Part shown: one piece after another, positions 22,054 through 34,700 of the stretch
Position numbering within the stretch: position 1 is the first letter of the stretch
How the letters are laid out: each line of letters begins with the position of its first letter
Source: Nemertoderma westbladi
Lineage: Eukaryota > Animalia > Xenacoelomorpha
Length of the DNA stretch: 60,297 bases
Direction of reading: 5' to 3'
NCBI GenBank assembly: GCA_032718475.1
Contig: JAUCBJ010008563.1
Span: 1-60,297, forward strand
Position numbers and translations under genes: made by a program
The notes under the pieces: model-generated
What the model saw: the letters and a program-made list of their open reading frames with translations, nothing else
Told to the model about the DNA's origin: nothing
The model's database searches: none

Positions 22054-22416
22054 GTGCTTCCTCTAGTAGAAACACTATTATCAAAGATCCACGCAGGAAT
22101 AGGAGCACCAGGCGCCGTTCAACCGATATGGGGCCAAAACTTTAACCCGTTTGGAGTGGAGAGTATGGCTAGGAGTACAGCCAAGCTTGCTAAATCCAAG
22201 GCGGATCCAAACGTTACGCGACAGCGATTGGACGCTTATAACAAAACAGCGGAGGAGTTACGCGCGGAGTTCAAAGCGTTGTACCCCTACGATGCGTTAT
22301 GCGAAGCCAGCGACGTTTGCGAGAACCCCGAGCTGATATTAGCGCGTTGCCCAAACCACCAAAGTCTGCGTTACCAAGAAGGCGGTCGTTTCATCTCCCG
22401 TCGTCCCCTTTCCTAG
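22054..22416 (+). CDS. Possible accessory ORF between pol and the 3' LTR, function unknown
   Basis: GC-richer open frame in an AT-rich 3' region; no ATG at its start but preceded by an acceptor-like TGCTTCCTCTAG; an overlapping frame runs 22299-22697. Confidence 0.3.
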   Translation: MLPLVETLLSKIHAGIGAPGAVQPIWGQNFNPFGVESMARSTAKLAKSKADPNVTRQRLDAYNKTAEELRAEFKALYPYDALCEASDVCENPELILARCPNHQSLRYQEGGRFISRRPLS

Positions 22417-23117
22417 CGTTCTGGAACCACCGACAACTCGACGCCGAAGTCCGAGCCCAGTTCGACCTCGACCACCACCCAATCGCAATAGAGGACGTGG
22501 ACGAGCCCGGTCGGCCAAGGAATAGGAAAGCGAGAAGAAAGGATATTATATTCAGATATTATATTTGGATGTTATATTGGATATTTATATTGGATATTTT
22601 ATATTTGGATATTATATTTGGGTATTTATATCGGACGTTGGGTTTGGAGGAGCGAGATATGGAAAGGAAGGCTTGCGAGCCTACCGTTAGCAATTAGTGC
22701 TCAGGAGAAGATATCCAGACCAGCAGGACGAACTATTAGATCGTCAGGAGGACACTATTGAAAGTTATTAGCGCATTGTGTTTATATTATATTTGGACTA
22801 ATTTAATTTGGTGAAGGTTTATTATGTATATTTACAATATATAAAGATTTATCGAAAGAGTTTGATTTATTTGTTTGATTTGTTTGATTTATTTGTTCTG
22901 ATTTGTTTAATTTGCTTATCTTGATAACCGAAAGCCTTTTTTTTGTATTTTAGGCACTAAAGTTAATTCGTAAATTTGTATTTGTATGTACGATCGATTG
23001 TATTTACGCCGTATCTGCAATATTAAGTATGCAATGATTAGATAGTGATTATATTTTATATTTTAGGCCCTACCAGTAAATTTAGAAATAGTTTGTAGAT
23101 ATTTTATATTTGATTGG

Positions 23118-23152
23118 TGAAAACAGTCTTACTTACTGTTTTCATGGAGCGG
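23118..23152 (+). promoter_or_regulatory. 10-bp stem-loop followed by a short purine-rich tract (PPT position)
   Basis: TGAAAACAGT(23118-27)/ACTGTTTTCA(23135-44), then GGAGCGG abutting the 3' LTR. Confidence 0.5.
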
Positions 23153-26045
23153 TGATGAATTATTTCACTATAAGGTAGCATTTGTAGTTTAACTTTAACG
23201 TAAAAACTTTTGAAAATCCGACGTATTTTGATTAAGTTACAGTAATGTAATACGCCTATTCATATTTGTACACATAAAACCCTTAGGTACTCTCGTGGCG
23301 TAGTGGTCAGATGGTTAAGGCGTTGGTTACATTACGTAGGTTACGAGTTCGAATCCCAGTCGGGAAATTTGTATTTTGGGGCCATTTATTTTCGTGTGGT
23401 GCTAATTGATAGGCCAATGAGAAGCGTACAACGTAGCGAATAATGAGCCAGGCCAATCATAGGGCATAAATTATCTTATTGCTCAAATGTGAGGCAGTGG
23501 AAAATTCTGTTAGGATTCCATGTCCCAGATTTAGTGTAAGGGCCGGACTGCGTTGAACGATGAGCTGGGCCAATCATAGAGCACGAAGCACTTCATTGCT
23601 CAATGGTGAAGCTGTGGAAAATTCTGTTTAGTTTCCATGTGCAATTTCTAGTATAAAAGGCCGGTTTGCCTTCGGTTATCATTCTTCACCTTCGTTAACC
23701 TGATATTATTATCGCTTATTCTTGTAAAATTTAGTTTATTCGGTTTCTTGTTGAAACTTCGTTTTGATAAATCCTTTGTAAAACTGTAAATATACTGCAA
23801 TTTCCTGACATGTTTTCTTTTGGTCCGACTTCGGGACAGCCGAACACCAGGGAGATGGCAGCCTAGACCGTTAGGCCGTAAGCAACGCAGGGAAGGGATG
23901 TCCACAACACGCTAGCGCCCACATTTGGATTGACCGCGCACCCCCTTTGCCCCTTCGAAATACTCCACTTGCTATGCAGCGCCCGCTTTGTGAGAAGGTA
24001 AGACTTTGTTCGACGCCCTTGCCCGCCGTAAGACCTATAGATCAGGGTAAGCGTGACACCGCACTGGACGCCGCAAATTTAGGATCAAATAATTATATCC
24101 AGACACCCCCCCCCCCCTTCTTGTCAGTCCTACGAACCCCTGGGTTAACCTGTACTTCCTACAGGTGCGAACTATTGCCATTCGTCAGTACGCGAGTACA
24201 CATTAGGTACGGACAGCATACGTTCCATAATTTAGTGATTCATAGCACTGACTGTTTGGTACCGGTTCGCTTTGTAGAACGTACATTAGTACCCCCCCCC
24301 CCCCCCTTGTCTGGAGTTAGCTATTTGATCAGGCAAGGAGTATTTCTGCTACCGGCACACTGCTTGGCCTAGGGAGGTTTTATTAATATCCTACCGCGCC
24401 TTGCCACGTACTGATAGGTATTGCTGCTAACTACCGCAGCAACAAAGTTCTAGAATTAAATTAGTATACCAGATCAGCTAACGTACGGTAGCGATTAACC
24501 CCTATTCTTATCTTACAACCAGAATCTGGTATTAGTGCCGATCACGGGTGTAGTTACTAACACTGTGGTTGCCCATTGGGTTGTGGATAGGAAGGAGAGA
24601 GCTTTGACGTCATTCGTGAGTATAAAGTTCTACAAACGCGACTAGTTTATTTTAGTAGCTAGCGCACGGTATCATTTTAGTCAGAAAATCACTAAAACCT
24701 AGTAAAAGGAATTACACGAAATTGTTTTATTTGTAACACACCCACACACACACGCCCTAAAACATATCGCCCTTAAAGTTCTACTAGCTATAGCGTACTA
24801 TACATTACTTTAGGTGGAAATTATCTGTATTTGTAAAATTAGGATCTGATTTAGTTGCGGCAATAAGGAGTATTTCACTTTCGTTATTAAACTGTTGTTT
24901 GTCTGGACAACGGTATTGTTACATTTAGGCCTGACCCTTTAGACTGATTTCGTACAGGGGGGTCAGTTATTGTTACATTTAGGTACGACCCCTTTTCGAC
25001 TGATTTAGGACTGTCAGTGTTGTTACGCTAGGTCTGTTAACCCACTAGCTCGTATATAAACCATATAAATCACACCGCGGCAAGTTACTGTATTTAGGAC
25101 TGTCAGTGATAGTTAGGATTCGCTGCGCGGGGATTGTTTTCCCGTGAGTTTGGTCTGTTACTGTAACTGTACATCTGCCTCACCGGTTAGAGGACACGTT
25201 CGTGGGGACTTCGCGCAGCACGTAGTCGGCAAGCCTTGGCATACGGTTCATATAGAGCAAATGGGGCATGTCTAGTTTGGACCCAATATCCCATGCTATA
25301 AATGTATTCATTCGATATACAATCATATGTTAATCCGCTAGGTGGTGTCAAATTGTTATTCTGCAATTTCGTACTTACCAGTGCAACACTGTACAGCAGT
25401 ACCGTACCGGTAGGCCTATGTCATTACTTCTGAGTCTCTAGCGGATCCCCAATTAAATGTCTTAACTTTTCAATTTCGTAAAAGATAGACTTCATGATTC
25501 TCTACAGGCCACCAAAATTTCAGCTCAGGAAAATGAGGCCTTCCCGAGAAATTTAACATTTTCTAAAAACCACATAATCTGTCGTAGCTGACGTCAGACT
25601 GCATGATTTTTCACCAAACTTTACAAACTTTCTAAACTTTCTCTCTACTACTTACCTACTAAGTTTGGTTCAATTCCGAACGAGCGATGCCGAGAAATTC
25701 GCGTTCAAACATTTACCAGACGGACGGACGGACAGACAGACAGACAGACGGACATGCCCCATTTGCCCTATATGAACCGTATGCAAAGGCTCGCCGACTA
25801 CGTGTCTCGCCCCACAGGTATCCTTCTGTCTAGTACGTAGGCATTCGACCCGCTCACGTACATAGAATAGATACAAGGCTCTGTTCCTCGCCAGTAGTCG
25901 TTTGTGTACTATATCTGTTTGTTTAGATATCCTGGACTGGGATTTGTTGTCAGATACTGTACAAGCCCGTATACATTACTAGAGTCTCATAGTAAGATAC
26001 ATCGTTACTAGGATCTGGTAAGCGGTATACTACTGGACCCTTACA
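23153..26045 (+). repeat. 3' LTR (2893 bp including a 620-bp insertion)
   Basis: Matches the 5' LTR; the 622-bp length difference equals the 620-bp insert plus two extra C residues. Confidence 0.95.
25197..25816 (-). mobile_element. Non-autonomous DINE-1/HINE/pearl-like element nested in the 3' LTR
   Basis: Absent from the 5' LTR (empty site GAGG-ACA-GGTATCC); ~54-bp subterminal inverted repeats, GTGGGG/CCCCAC asymmetric ends, (GTCY)n microsatellite on the minus strand, terminal mini-hairpin CACG-TT-CGTG. Confidence 0.8.
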
Positions 26046-29000
26046 ATAACTGATATCTGAATGTTAACACGTGAAATTTTAACTGATATCTGAATGTTAG
26101 TTAACACGTGAAATTTATAACTGATGTCTGAATGTTAGTTAACACGTGAAATTTATAACTGATGTCTGACTGTTAGTTAACACGTGAAATTTATAACTGA
26201 TATCTGAATGTTAGTTAACACGTGAAATTTATAACTGATGTCTGACTGTTAGTTAACACGTGAAATTTATAACTGATATCTGAATGTTAGTTAACACGTG
26301 AAATTTATAACTGATGTCTGAATGTTAGTTAACACGTGAAATTTATAACTGATGTCTGACTGTTAGTTAACACGTGAAATTTATAACTGATATCTGAATG
26401 TTAGTTAACACGTGAAATTTATAACTGATGTCTGACTGTTAGTTAACACGTGAAATTTATAACTGATATCTGAATGTTAGTTAACACGTGAAATTTATAA
26501 CTGATGTCTGACTGTTAGTTAACACGTGAAATTTATAACTGATATCTTATGTTAACACGTGAAATTTATAACTGATGTCTGACTGTTAGTTAACACGTGA
26601 AATTTTAACTGATGTCTGACTGTTAGTTAACACGTGAAATTTATAACTGATATCTTATGTTAACACGTGAAATTTATAACTGATGTCTGACTGTTAGTTA
26701 ACACGTGAAATTTATAACTGATATCTTATGTTAACACGTGAAATTTATAACTGATATCTGAATGTTAGTTAACACGTGAAATTTATAACTGATATCTTAT
26801 GTTAACACGTGAAATTTATAACTGATGTCTGACTGTTAGTTAACACGTGAAATTTTAACTGATGTTTGACTGTTAGTTAACAGGTGAAATTTATAACTGA
26901 TATCTGAATGTTAGTTAACACGTGAAATTTATATCTGATATCTGAATATTAACACGTGAAATTTATAACTGATGTCTGACTGTTAGTTAACAGGTGAAAT
27001 TTATAACTGATATCTGAATGTTAGTTAACACGTGAAATTTATAACTGATGTCTGACTGTTAGTTAACACGTGAAATTTTAACTGATGTCTGACTGTTAGT
27101 TAACACGTGAAATTTATAACTGATATCTTATGTTAATACGTGAAATTTATAACTGATGTCTGACTGTTAGTTAACACGTGAAATTTTAACTGATGTCTGA
27201 CTGTTAGTTAACAGGTGAAATTTATAACTGATATCTGAATGTTAGTTAACACGTGAAATTTATATCTGATATCTGAATGTTAGTTAACACGTGAAATTTA
27301 TAACTGATGTCTGACTGTTAGTTAACAGGTGAAATTTATAACTGATATCTGAATGTTAGTTAACACGTGAAATTTATAACTGATGTCTGACTGTTAGTTA
27401 ACACGTGAAATTTATAACTGATATCTGAATGTTAGTTAACACGTGAAATTTATAACTGATGTCTGACTGTTAGTTAACACGTGAAATTTATAACTGATGT
27501 CTGACTGTTAGTTAACAGGTGAAATTTATAACTGATATCTGAATGTTAGTTAACACGTGAAATTTATAACTGATGTCTGACTGTTAGTTAACACGTGAAA
27601 TTTATAACTGATATCTTATGTTAACACGTGAAATTTATAACTGATGTCTGACTGTTAGTTAACACGTGAAATTTTAACTGATGTCTGACTGTTAGTTAAC
27701 ACGTGAAATTTATAACTGATATCTTATGTTAACACGTGAAATTTATAACTGATGTCTGACTGTTAGTTAACACGTGAAATTTATAACTGATATCTTATGT
27801 TAACACGTGAAATTTATAACTGATATCTGAATGTTAGTTAACACGTGAAATTTATAACTGATATCTTATGTTAACACGTGAAATTTATAACTGATGTCTG
27901 ACTGTTAGTTAACACGTGAAATTTTAACTGATGTTTGACTGTTAGTTAACAGGTGAAATTTATAACTGATATCTGAATGTTAGTTAACACGTGAAATTTA
28001 TATCTGATATCTGAATATTAACACGTGAAATTTATAACTGATGTCTGACTGTTAGTTAACAGGTGAAATTTATAACTGATATCTGAATGTTAGTTAACAC
28101 GTGAAATTTATAACTGATGTCTGACTGTTAGTTAACACGTGAAATTTATAACTGATATCTGAATGTTAGTTAACACGTGAAATTTATAACTGATATCTGA
28201 ATGTTAACACGTGAAATTTATAACTGATGTCTGACTGTTAGTTAACACGTGAAATTTATAACTGATATCTGAATGTTAGTTAACACGTGAAATTTATAAC
28301 TGATGTCTGACTGTTAGTTAACACGTGAAATTTATAACTGATATCTGAATGTTAGTTAACACGTGAAATTTATAACTGATGTCTGACTGTTAGTTAACAC
28401 GTGAAATTTATAACTGATATCTGAATGTTAGTTAACACGTGAAATTTATAACTGATATCTGAATGTTAGTTAACACGTGAAATTTATAACTGATGTCTGA
28501 CTGTTAGTTAACACGTGAAATTTATAACTGATATCTGAATGTTAGTTAACACGTGAAATTTATAACTGATGTCTGACTGTTAGTTAACACGTGAAATTTA
28601 TAACTGATATCTGAATGTTAGTTAACACGTGAAATTTATAACTGATGTCTGACTGTTAGTTAACACGTGAAATTTATAACTGATATCTGACTGTTAGTTA
28701 ACACGTGAAATTTATAACTGATGTCTGACTGTTAGTTAACACGTGAAATTTATAACTGATGTCTGACTGTTAGTTAACACGTGAAATTTATAACTGATGT
28801 CTGACTGTTAGTTAACACGTGAAATTTATAACTGATGTCTGACTGTTAGTTAACACGTGAAATTTATAACTGATGTCTGACTGTTAGTTAACACGTGAAA
28901 TTTATAACTGATGTCTGACTGTTAGTTAACACGTGAAATTTATAACTGATGTCTGACTGTTAGTTAACACGTGAAATTTATAACTGATGTCTGACTGTTA

Positions 29001-29666
29001 GTTAACACGTGAAATTTATAACTGATATCTGAATGTTAACACGTGAAATTTATAACTGATGTCTGACTGTTAGTTAACACGTGAAATTTATAACTGATGT
29101 CTGACTGTTAGTTAACACGTGAAATTTATAACTGATGTCTGACTGTTAGTTAACACGTGAAATTTATAACTGATGTCTGACTGTTAGTTAACACGTGAAA
29201 TTTATAACTGATGTCTGACTGTTAGTTAACACGTGAAATTTATAACTGATATCTGAATGTTAGTTAACACGTGAAATTTATAACTGATATCTGACTGTTA
29301 GTTAACACGTGAAATTTATAACTGATGTCTGACTGTTAGTTAACACGTGAAATTTATAACTGATATCTGAATGTTAGTTAACACGTGAAATTTATAACTG
29401 ATATCTGAATGTTAGTTAACACGTGAAATTTATAACTGATGTCTGACTGTTAGTTAACACGTGAAATTTATAACTGATGTCTGACTGTTAGTTAACACGT
29501 GAAATTTATAACTGATGTCTGACTGTTAGTTAACACGTGAAATTTATAACTGATGTCTGACTGTTAGTAACACGTGAAATTTATAACTGATGTCTGACTG
29601 TTAGTTAACACGTGAAATTTATAACTGATGTCTGACTGTATAACACGTGAAATTTATAACTGATGT
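26046..29666. repeat. 38-bp satellite, right arm
   Basis: Roughly 95 monomers of the same unit as 8309-9331, including 33-34-bp variants and local higher-order duplication. Confidence 0.97.
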
Positions 29667-30000
29667 AAAATCGCCATCAACTTTACGTGAAATTCAAAAC
29701 TTTTTCACAACACATTTTTTGCCCATTGAAATAAATGATTGAAAAGTAGGTTTTGCTAAGGCGGATATGGGCCACCGCAAAAATATGAAAAAAATAAAAC
29801 ATAATAAACTCTTTCATTTTTTTATAATTAGCACAATTCAACCATCGCATTACTTGCGGTGTTTAATATTAAAAAACGCAGTCCTATGACCTTAGAATAT
29901 CAATATCTCAACATTTGCGGTAATTATCTGAACACGTTGTCTAACTGCTCAACTAGAAGCACATCATCAGTTAGGTTGCTAATGTTATTTCAGTACATTG

Positions 30001-30051
30001 TTAGGAGTTAACGTTGAACGCCTGTAATAATTCCCCGTTGTCTTTCAGCTC
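30001..30051 (-). CDS. GLRX3: Glutaredoxin-3 terminal coding exon (ELKDNGELLQAFNVNS*)
   Basis: Acceptor ttaacag; phase 0 continues ...GGLDIIK; matches the Grx C-terminal helix EL..GEL; stop TAA at 30001-30003. Confidence 0.85.
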   Translation of the reverse strand, partial: ELKDNGELLQAFNVNS

Positions 30052-30842
30052 CTGTTAACAAAGTAAAAATGAAGTATAATGTAGGGGTACTGTAGGTAGA
30101 CCTACTGTAGAGACGTTGTAGCAAGTTGTGTGCCCATGTCACTGAAGTAATCATATTTGAAGCTTTAATTAAAATTAAGACCAAAAGTGACCAAGAAATA
30201 TATTATATTATATATGACGTATATTACGGCCAACAGGCCTTTATTCAACGTCTAAAAGTTCAAATACTAATCCAAACACCGCAAAACAGTAAGGACATTA
30301 CCGGTAACTACTGGCAGTACTAGCAGTACTACAGTACATACGTATTCTAACTACGGTAGCCATATAAACAAAGTAAAAAATGGGTGGGGGGGGGGGGGGG
30401 GGGGTAAATGTGCGGTAGGAAGTTTAGTGACTGTCTATACCAGGATTAAAGCAAAAGTAATGTAGTGGGGACTTTCTAACTACTGTATAAATCTACTGTA
30501 TAATAATATTTTTATTTTAATGCACCAATAAAATCAAATTAAGCACACAACTTTATTAAGATAATAATATTCCATATTATTCTAATAATAATTCTAATAA
30601 TATACCAAAATGATATCGAAAAATATGCCGAAAAATATGTCAAAAAATAAATATGTCAAAAAATATAAATATGTCAAAAAATATGTCAAAAAATAAATAT
30701 GTCAAAAAATATAAATATGTCAAAAAATATGTCAAAAAGAAAGAAAGAAAACTAGGGAATATTTCTCGGAAATGTATTGGTGGGGGGGGGGGGGGGGGGG
30801 GGGGGGGAGGGGGGGGGGATGTTGTGTGTGTGCGTGTATACT

Positions 30843-31076
30843 TTACCAACAGAGGTGTTCCCATGGGTCTCCATACTGTATGTTTATGCTAGGGGACATT
30901 TCCCTGATGTACGACTTCTCTGCGAGTTTCCTGTCCGCCCAGTCCTTGCAGCGTCGAAGCAGACGAGCAGAGAATGGGACGGGTATGTTATGTTGTGCGA
31001 GGTGTAAAGTAAGGAAGTGTGTAGCGAATGCAATCTCGTCGGGGTCTTTCCTACGCACAGCGTTACGGTGCCCTAC
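30843..31076 (-). pseudogene. 5'-truncated fragment resembling the C-terminal half of a PLE GIY-YIG endonuclease (different family from 1-8308)
   Basis: GHRNAVRRK...ATHF...H...RK.AEKSYI...PSIN follows the HR...H...R...E...I...P.N pattern also seen in the PLE ORF C-terminus. Confidence 0.55.
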
Positions 31077-31492
31077 CTAGAGACCTAGACCTAGAGACCT
31101 AGACCTAGAGACCTAGACCTAGAGAGCTCTCATTATCACTTCAATAACAAAATAACTTTATAAAAACTTTTAAAATCTCAATTGCCATTTAAGAAACCAA
31201 ATTCCTTTAAAAGTAGACGTTTATAGAAAAATTGAAAATAGTATTTATTTTCTCTGTCAGTTTCAAAAACGTGACGATAGGTAAGTGATTTATACAGATA
31301 ACAGTTAATAACGTACATAAGTACAACGGAATTCTCAAGCAGATGTACAATTAATATGTATAGACAGCTACATCACATATTACTTTCATCTTCCAACTAT
31401 TGCCGGTGAACTCTTGGTGCGGTGCCGTCCTCTAATTTCATTATGTACACTATCCGATAAAAAAAAATGTTTTACACTCGCAATCAACTAAC

Positions 31493-31641
31493 CTTAATAA
31501 TATCTAATCCTCCTATAAGTTCAGAATTAACATAAATCTGGGGGTAGGTTGGCCAATTGGAGTATTCTTTTAAACCCTGCCTTACACTATCATCTTTGAG
31601 AATGTCAAAGTACCCGAATTCAATTGATTCACCCTGTAGTA
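31493..31641 (-). CDS. GLRX3: GLRX3 exon (I)[49 protein letters not shown]
   Basis: Acceptor ttttag, donor gttagt; 149 bp with phases 1/0 fitting both neighbours; WPTYPQ and GGLD motifs. Confidence 0.93.
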
Positions 31642-31791
31642 CTAAAATAATAAAAACAGCTCAGTATTATTAGTTAGGTATGTAAAGTAGTGGTGGCGTA
31701 AAAATAAGTATAAACAATGTCCGCCTAGAGAGTTATCAGATAGGTAGGTAGATAAATAATCTCTTCGACCGTTATGCCAGTGCCATTATTC

Positions 31792-34700
31792 ATGTAGACC
31801 TTACTTATACTACATATAAGAAGGTTGTTATGTAGACCCTACTTACACCACACAGAAGCAGGTAGTTATGTAGGCCCTACTTACACCACACAGAAGCAGG
31901 TAGTTATGTAGGCCCTACTTACACTGCACATAAGCAGGTAGTTATGTAGGCCCTACTTACACCACACAGAAGCAGGTAGTTATGTAGGCCCTACTTACAC
32001 TACACAGAAGCAGGTTGTTATGTAGGCCCTACTTACACCACACAGAAGCAGGTAGTTATGTAGGCCCTACTTACACTGCACATAAGCAGGTAGTTATGTA
32101 GACCCTACTTACACCACACAGAAGCAGGTAGTTATGTAGGTATGTAGACCCTACTTACACTACACAGAAGCAGGTAGTTATGTAGGCCCTACTTACACTG
32201 CACAGAAGCAGGTAGTTATGTAGGCCCTACTTACACTGCACATAAGCAGGTAGTTATGTAGGCCCTACTTACACTACACAGAAGCAGGTAGTTATGGTAG
32301 GCCCTACTTACACTACACAGAAGCAGGTAGTTATGTAGGCCCTACTTACACTGCACAGAAGCAGGTAGTTATGTAGGCCCTACTTACACTACACAGAAGC
32401 AGGTAGTTATGTAGGTATGTAGACCCTACTTACACTACACAGAAGCAGGTAGTTATGTAGGCCCTACTTACACTGCACAGAAGCAGGTAGTTATGTAGAC
32501 CCTACTTACACTGCACATAAGCAGGTAGTTATGGAGGCCCTACTTACACTACACATAAGCAAGTTGTTATGTAGGCCCTACTTACACTACACAGAAGCAT
32601 GTTGTTATGTAGACCCTACTTACACTGCACATAAGCAGGTAGCTATGTAGGCCCTACTTACACTGCACATAAGCAGGTAGCTATGTAGGCCCTACTTACA
32701 CTGCACAGAAGCAGGTTGTTATGTAGGCCCTACTTACACTGCACATAAGCAGGTAGCTATGTAGACCCTACTTACACTACACAGAAGCAGGTAGTTATGT
32801 AGGCCCTACTTACACTACACAGAAGCAGGTAGTTATGTAGGCCCTACTTACACTACACAGAAGCATGTAGTTATGTAGGCCCTACTTACACTGCACATAA
32901 GCAGGTAGTTATGTAGACCCTACTTACACTGCACATAAGCAGGTACTTATGTAGACCCTACTTACACTGCACATAAGCAGGTAGTTATGGAGGCCCTACT
33001 TACACTACACATAAGCAAGTTGTTATGTAGGCCCTACTTACACTACACAGAAGCATGTTGTTATGTAGACCCTACTTACACTGCACATAAGCAGGTAGCT
33101 ATGTAGGCCCTACTTACACTGCACATAAGCAGGTAGCTATGTAGGCCCTACTTACACTGCACAGAAGCAGGTTGTTATGTAGGCCCTACTTACACTGCAC
33201 ATAAGCAGGTAGCTATGTAGACCCTACTTACACTACACAGAAGCAGGTAGTTATGTAGGCCCTACTTACACTACACAGAAGCATGTAGTTATGTAGGCCC
33301 TACTTACACTGCACATAAGCAGGTAGTTATGTAGACCCTACTTACACTGCACATAAGCAGGTAGTTATGTACTGTAGGCCCTACTTACACTGCACATAAG
33401 CAGGTAGTTATGTACTGTAGGCCCTACTTACACTGCACATAAGCAGGTAGTTATGTAGACCCTACTTACACTGCACATAAGCAGGTAGTTATGTAGGCCC
33501 TACTTACACTGCACATAAGCAGGTAGTTATGTAGACCCTACTTACACTGCACATAAGCAGGTAGTTATGTAGGCCCTACTTACACTGCACAGAAGCAGGT
33601 AGTTATGTAGACCCTACTTACACTGCACATAAGCAGGTAGTTATGTACTGTAGGCCCTACTTACACTACACAGAAGCATGTAGTTATGTAGGCTCTACTT
33701 ACACTGCACATAAGCAGGTACTTATGTAGACCCTACTTACACTGCACATAAGCAGGTAGTTATGTAGGCCCTACTTAGACTGCACATAAGCAGGTAGTTA
33801 TGTACTGTAGGCCCTACTTACACTGCACATAAGCAGGTAGTTATGTAGACCCTACTTACACTGCACATAAGCAGGTAGTTATGTAGACCCTACTTACACT
33901 GCACATAAGCAGGTAGTTATGTAGGCCCTACTTACACTGCACAGAAGCAGGTAGTTATGTAGACCCTACTTACACTGCACATAAGCAGGTAGTTATGTAC
34001 TGTAGGCCCTACTTACACTACACAGAAGCATGTAGTTATGTAGGCTCTACTTACACTGCACATAAGCAGGTACTTATGTAGACCCTACTTACACTGCACA
34101 TAAGCAGGTAGTTATGTAGGCCCTACTTACACTGCACATAAGCAGGTAGTTATGTACTGTAGGCCCTACTTACACTGCACATAAGCAGGTAGTTATGTAC
34201 TGTAGGCCCTACTTACACTGCACATAAGCAGGTAGTTATGTAGACCCTACTTACACTGCACATAAGCAGGTAGTTATGTACTGTAGGCCCTACTTACACT
34301 ACACAGAAGCATGTAGTTATGTAGGCCCTACTTACACTGCACATAAGCAGGTAGTTATGTAGACCCTACTTACACTGCACATAAGCAGGTAGTTATGTAC
34401 TGTAGGCCCTACTTACACTACACAGAAGCAGGTAGTTATGTAGGCCCTACTTACACTGCACATAAGCAGGTACTTATGTAGACCCTACTTACACTGCACA
34501 TAAGCAGGTAGTTATGTAGGCCCTACTTACACTGCACATAAGCAGGTAGTTATGTAGACCCTACTTACACTGCACATAAGCAGGTAGTTATGTACTGTAG
34601 GCCCTACTTACACTACACAGAAGCATGTAGTTATGTAGGCCCTACTTACACTGCACATAAGCAGGTAGTTATGTAGACCCTACTTACACTGCACATAAGC

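Larger units (their letters stand above)
9332..26045 (+). mobile_element. Full-length BEL/Pao LTR retrotransposon with 5-bp TSD ATAAC
   Basis: TG...CA LTRs at 9332-11602 and 23153-26045; ATAAC at 9327-9331 and 26046-26050; single gag-pol ORF with BEL/Pao motifs. Confidence 0.96.

Noticed and set aside
8309-29666. CRISPR-like array
   Set aside because: Units are contiguous with no unique spacers, no cas genes, and the context is eukaryotic.
29960-29975. CTGATGA on the minus strand downstream of the GIY-YIG fragment
   Set aside because: No stem II/GAAA follows; it lies in the GLRX3 3' UTR.
31395-31445. Short frame MKLEDGTAPRVHRQ as the GLRX3 last exon
   Set aside because: No in-phase acceptor; the exon at 30001-30051 fits the Grx consensus much better.
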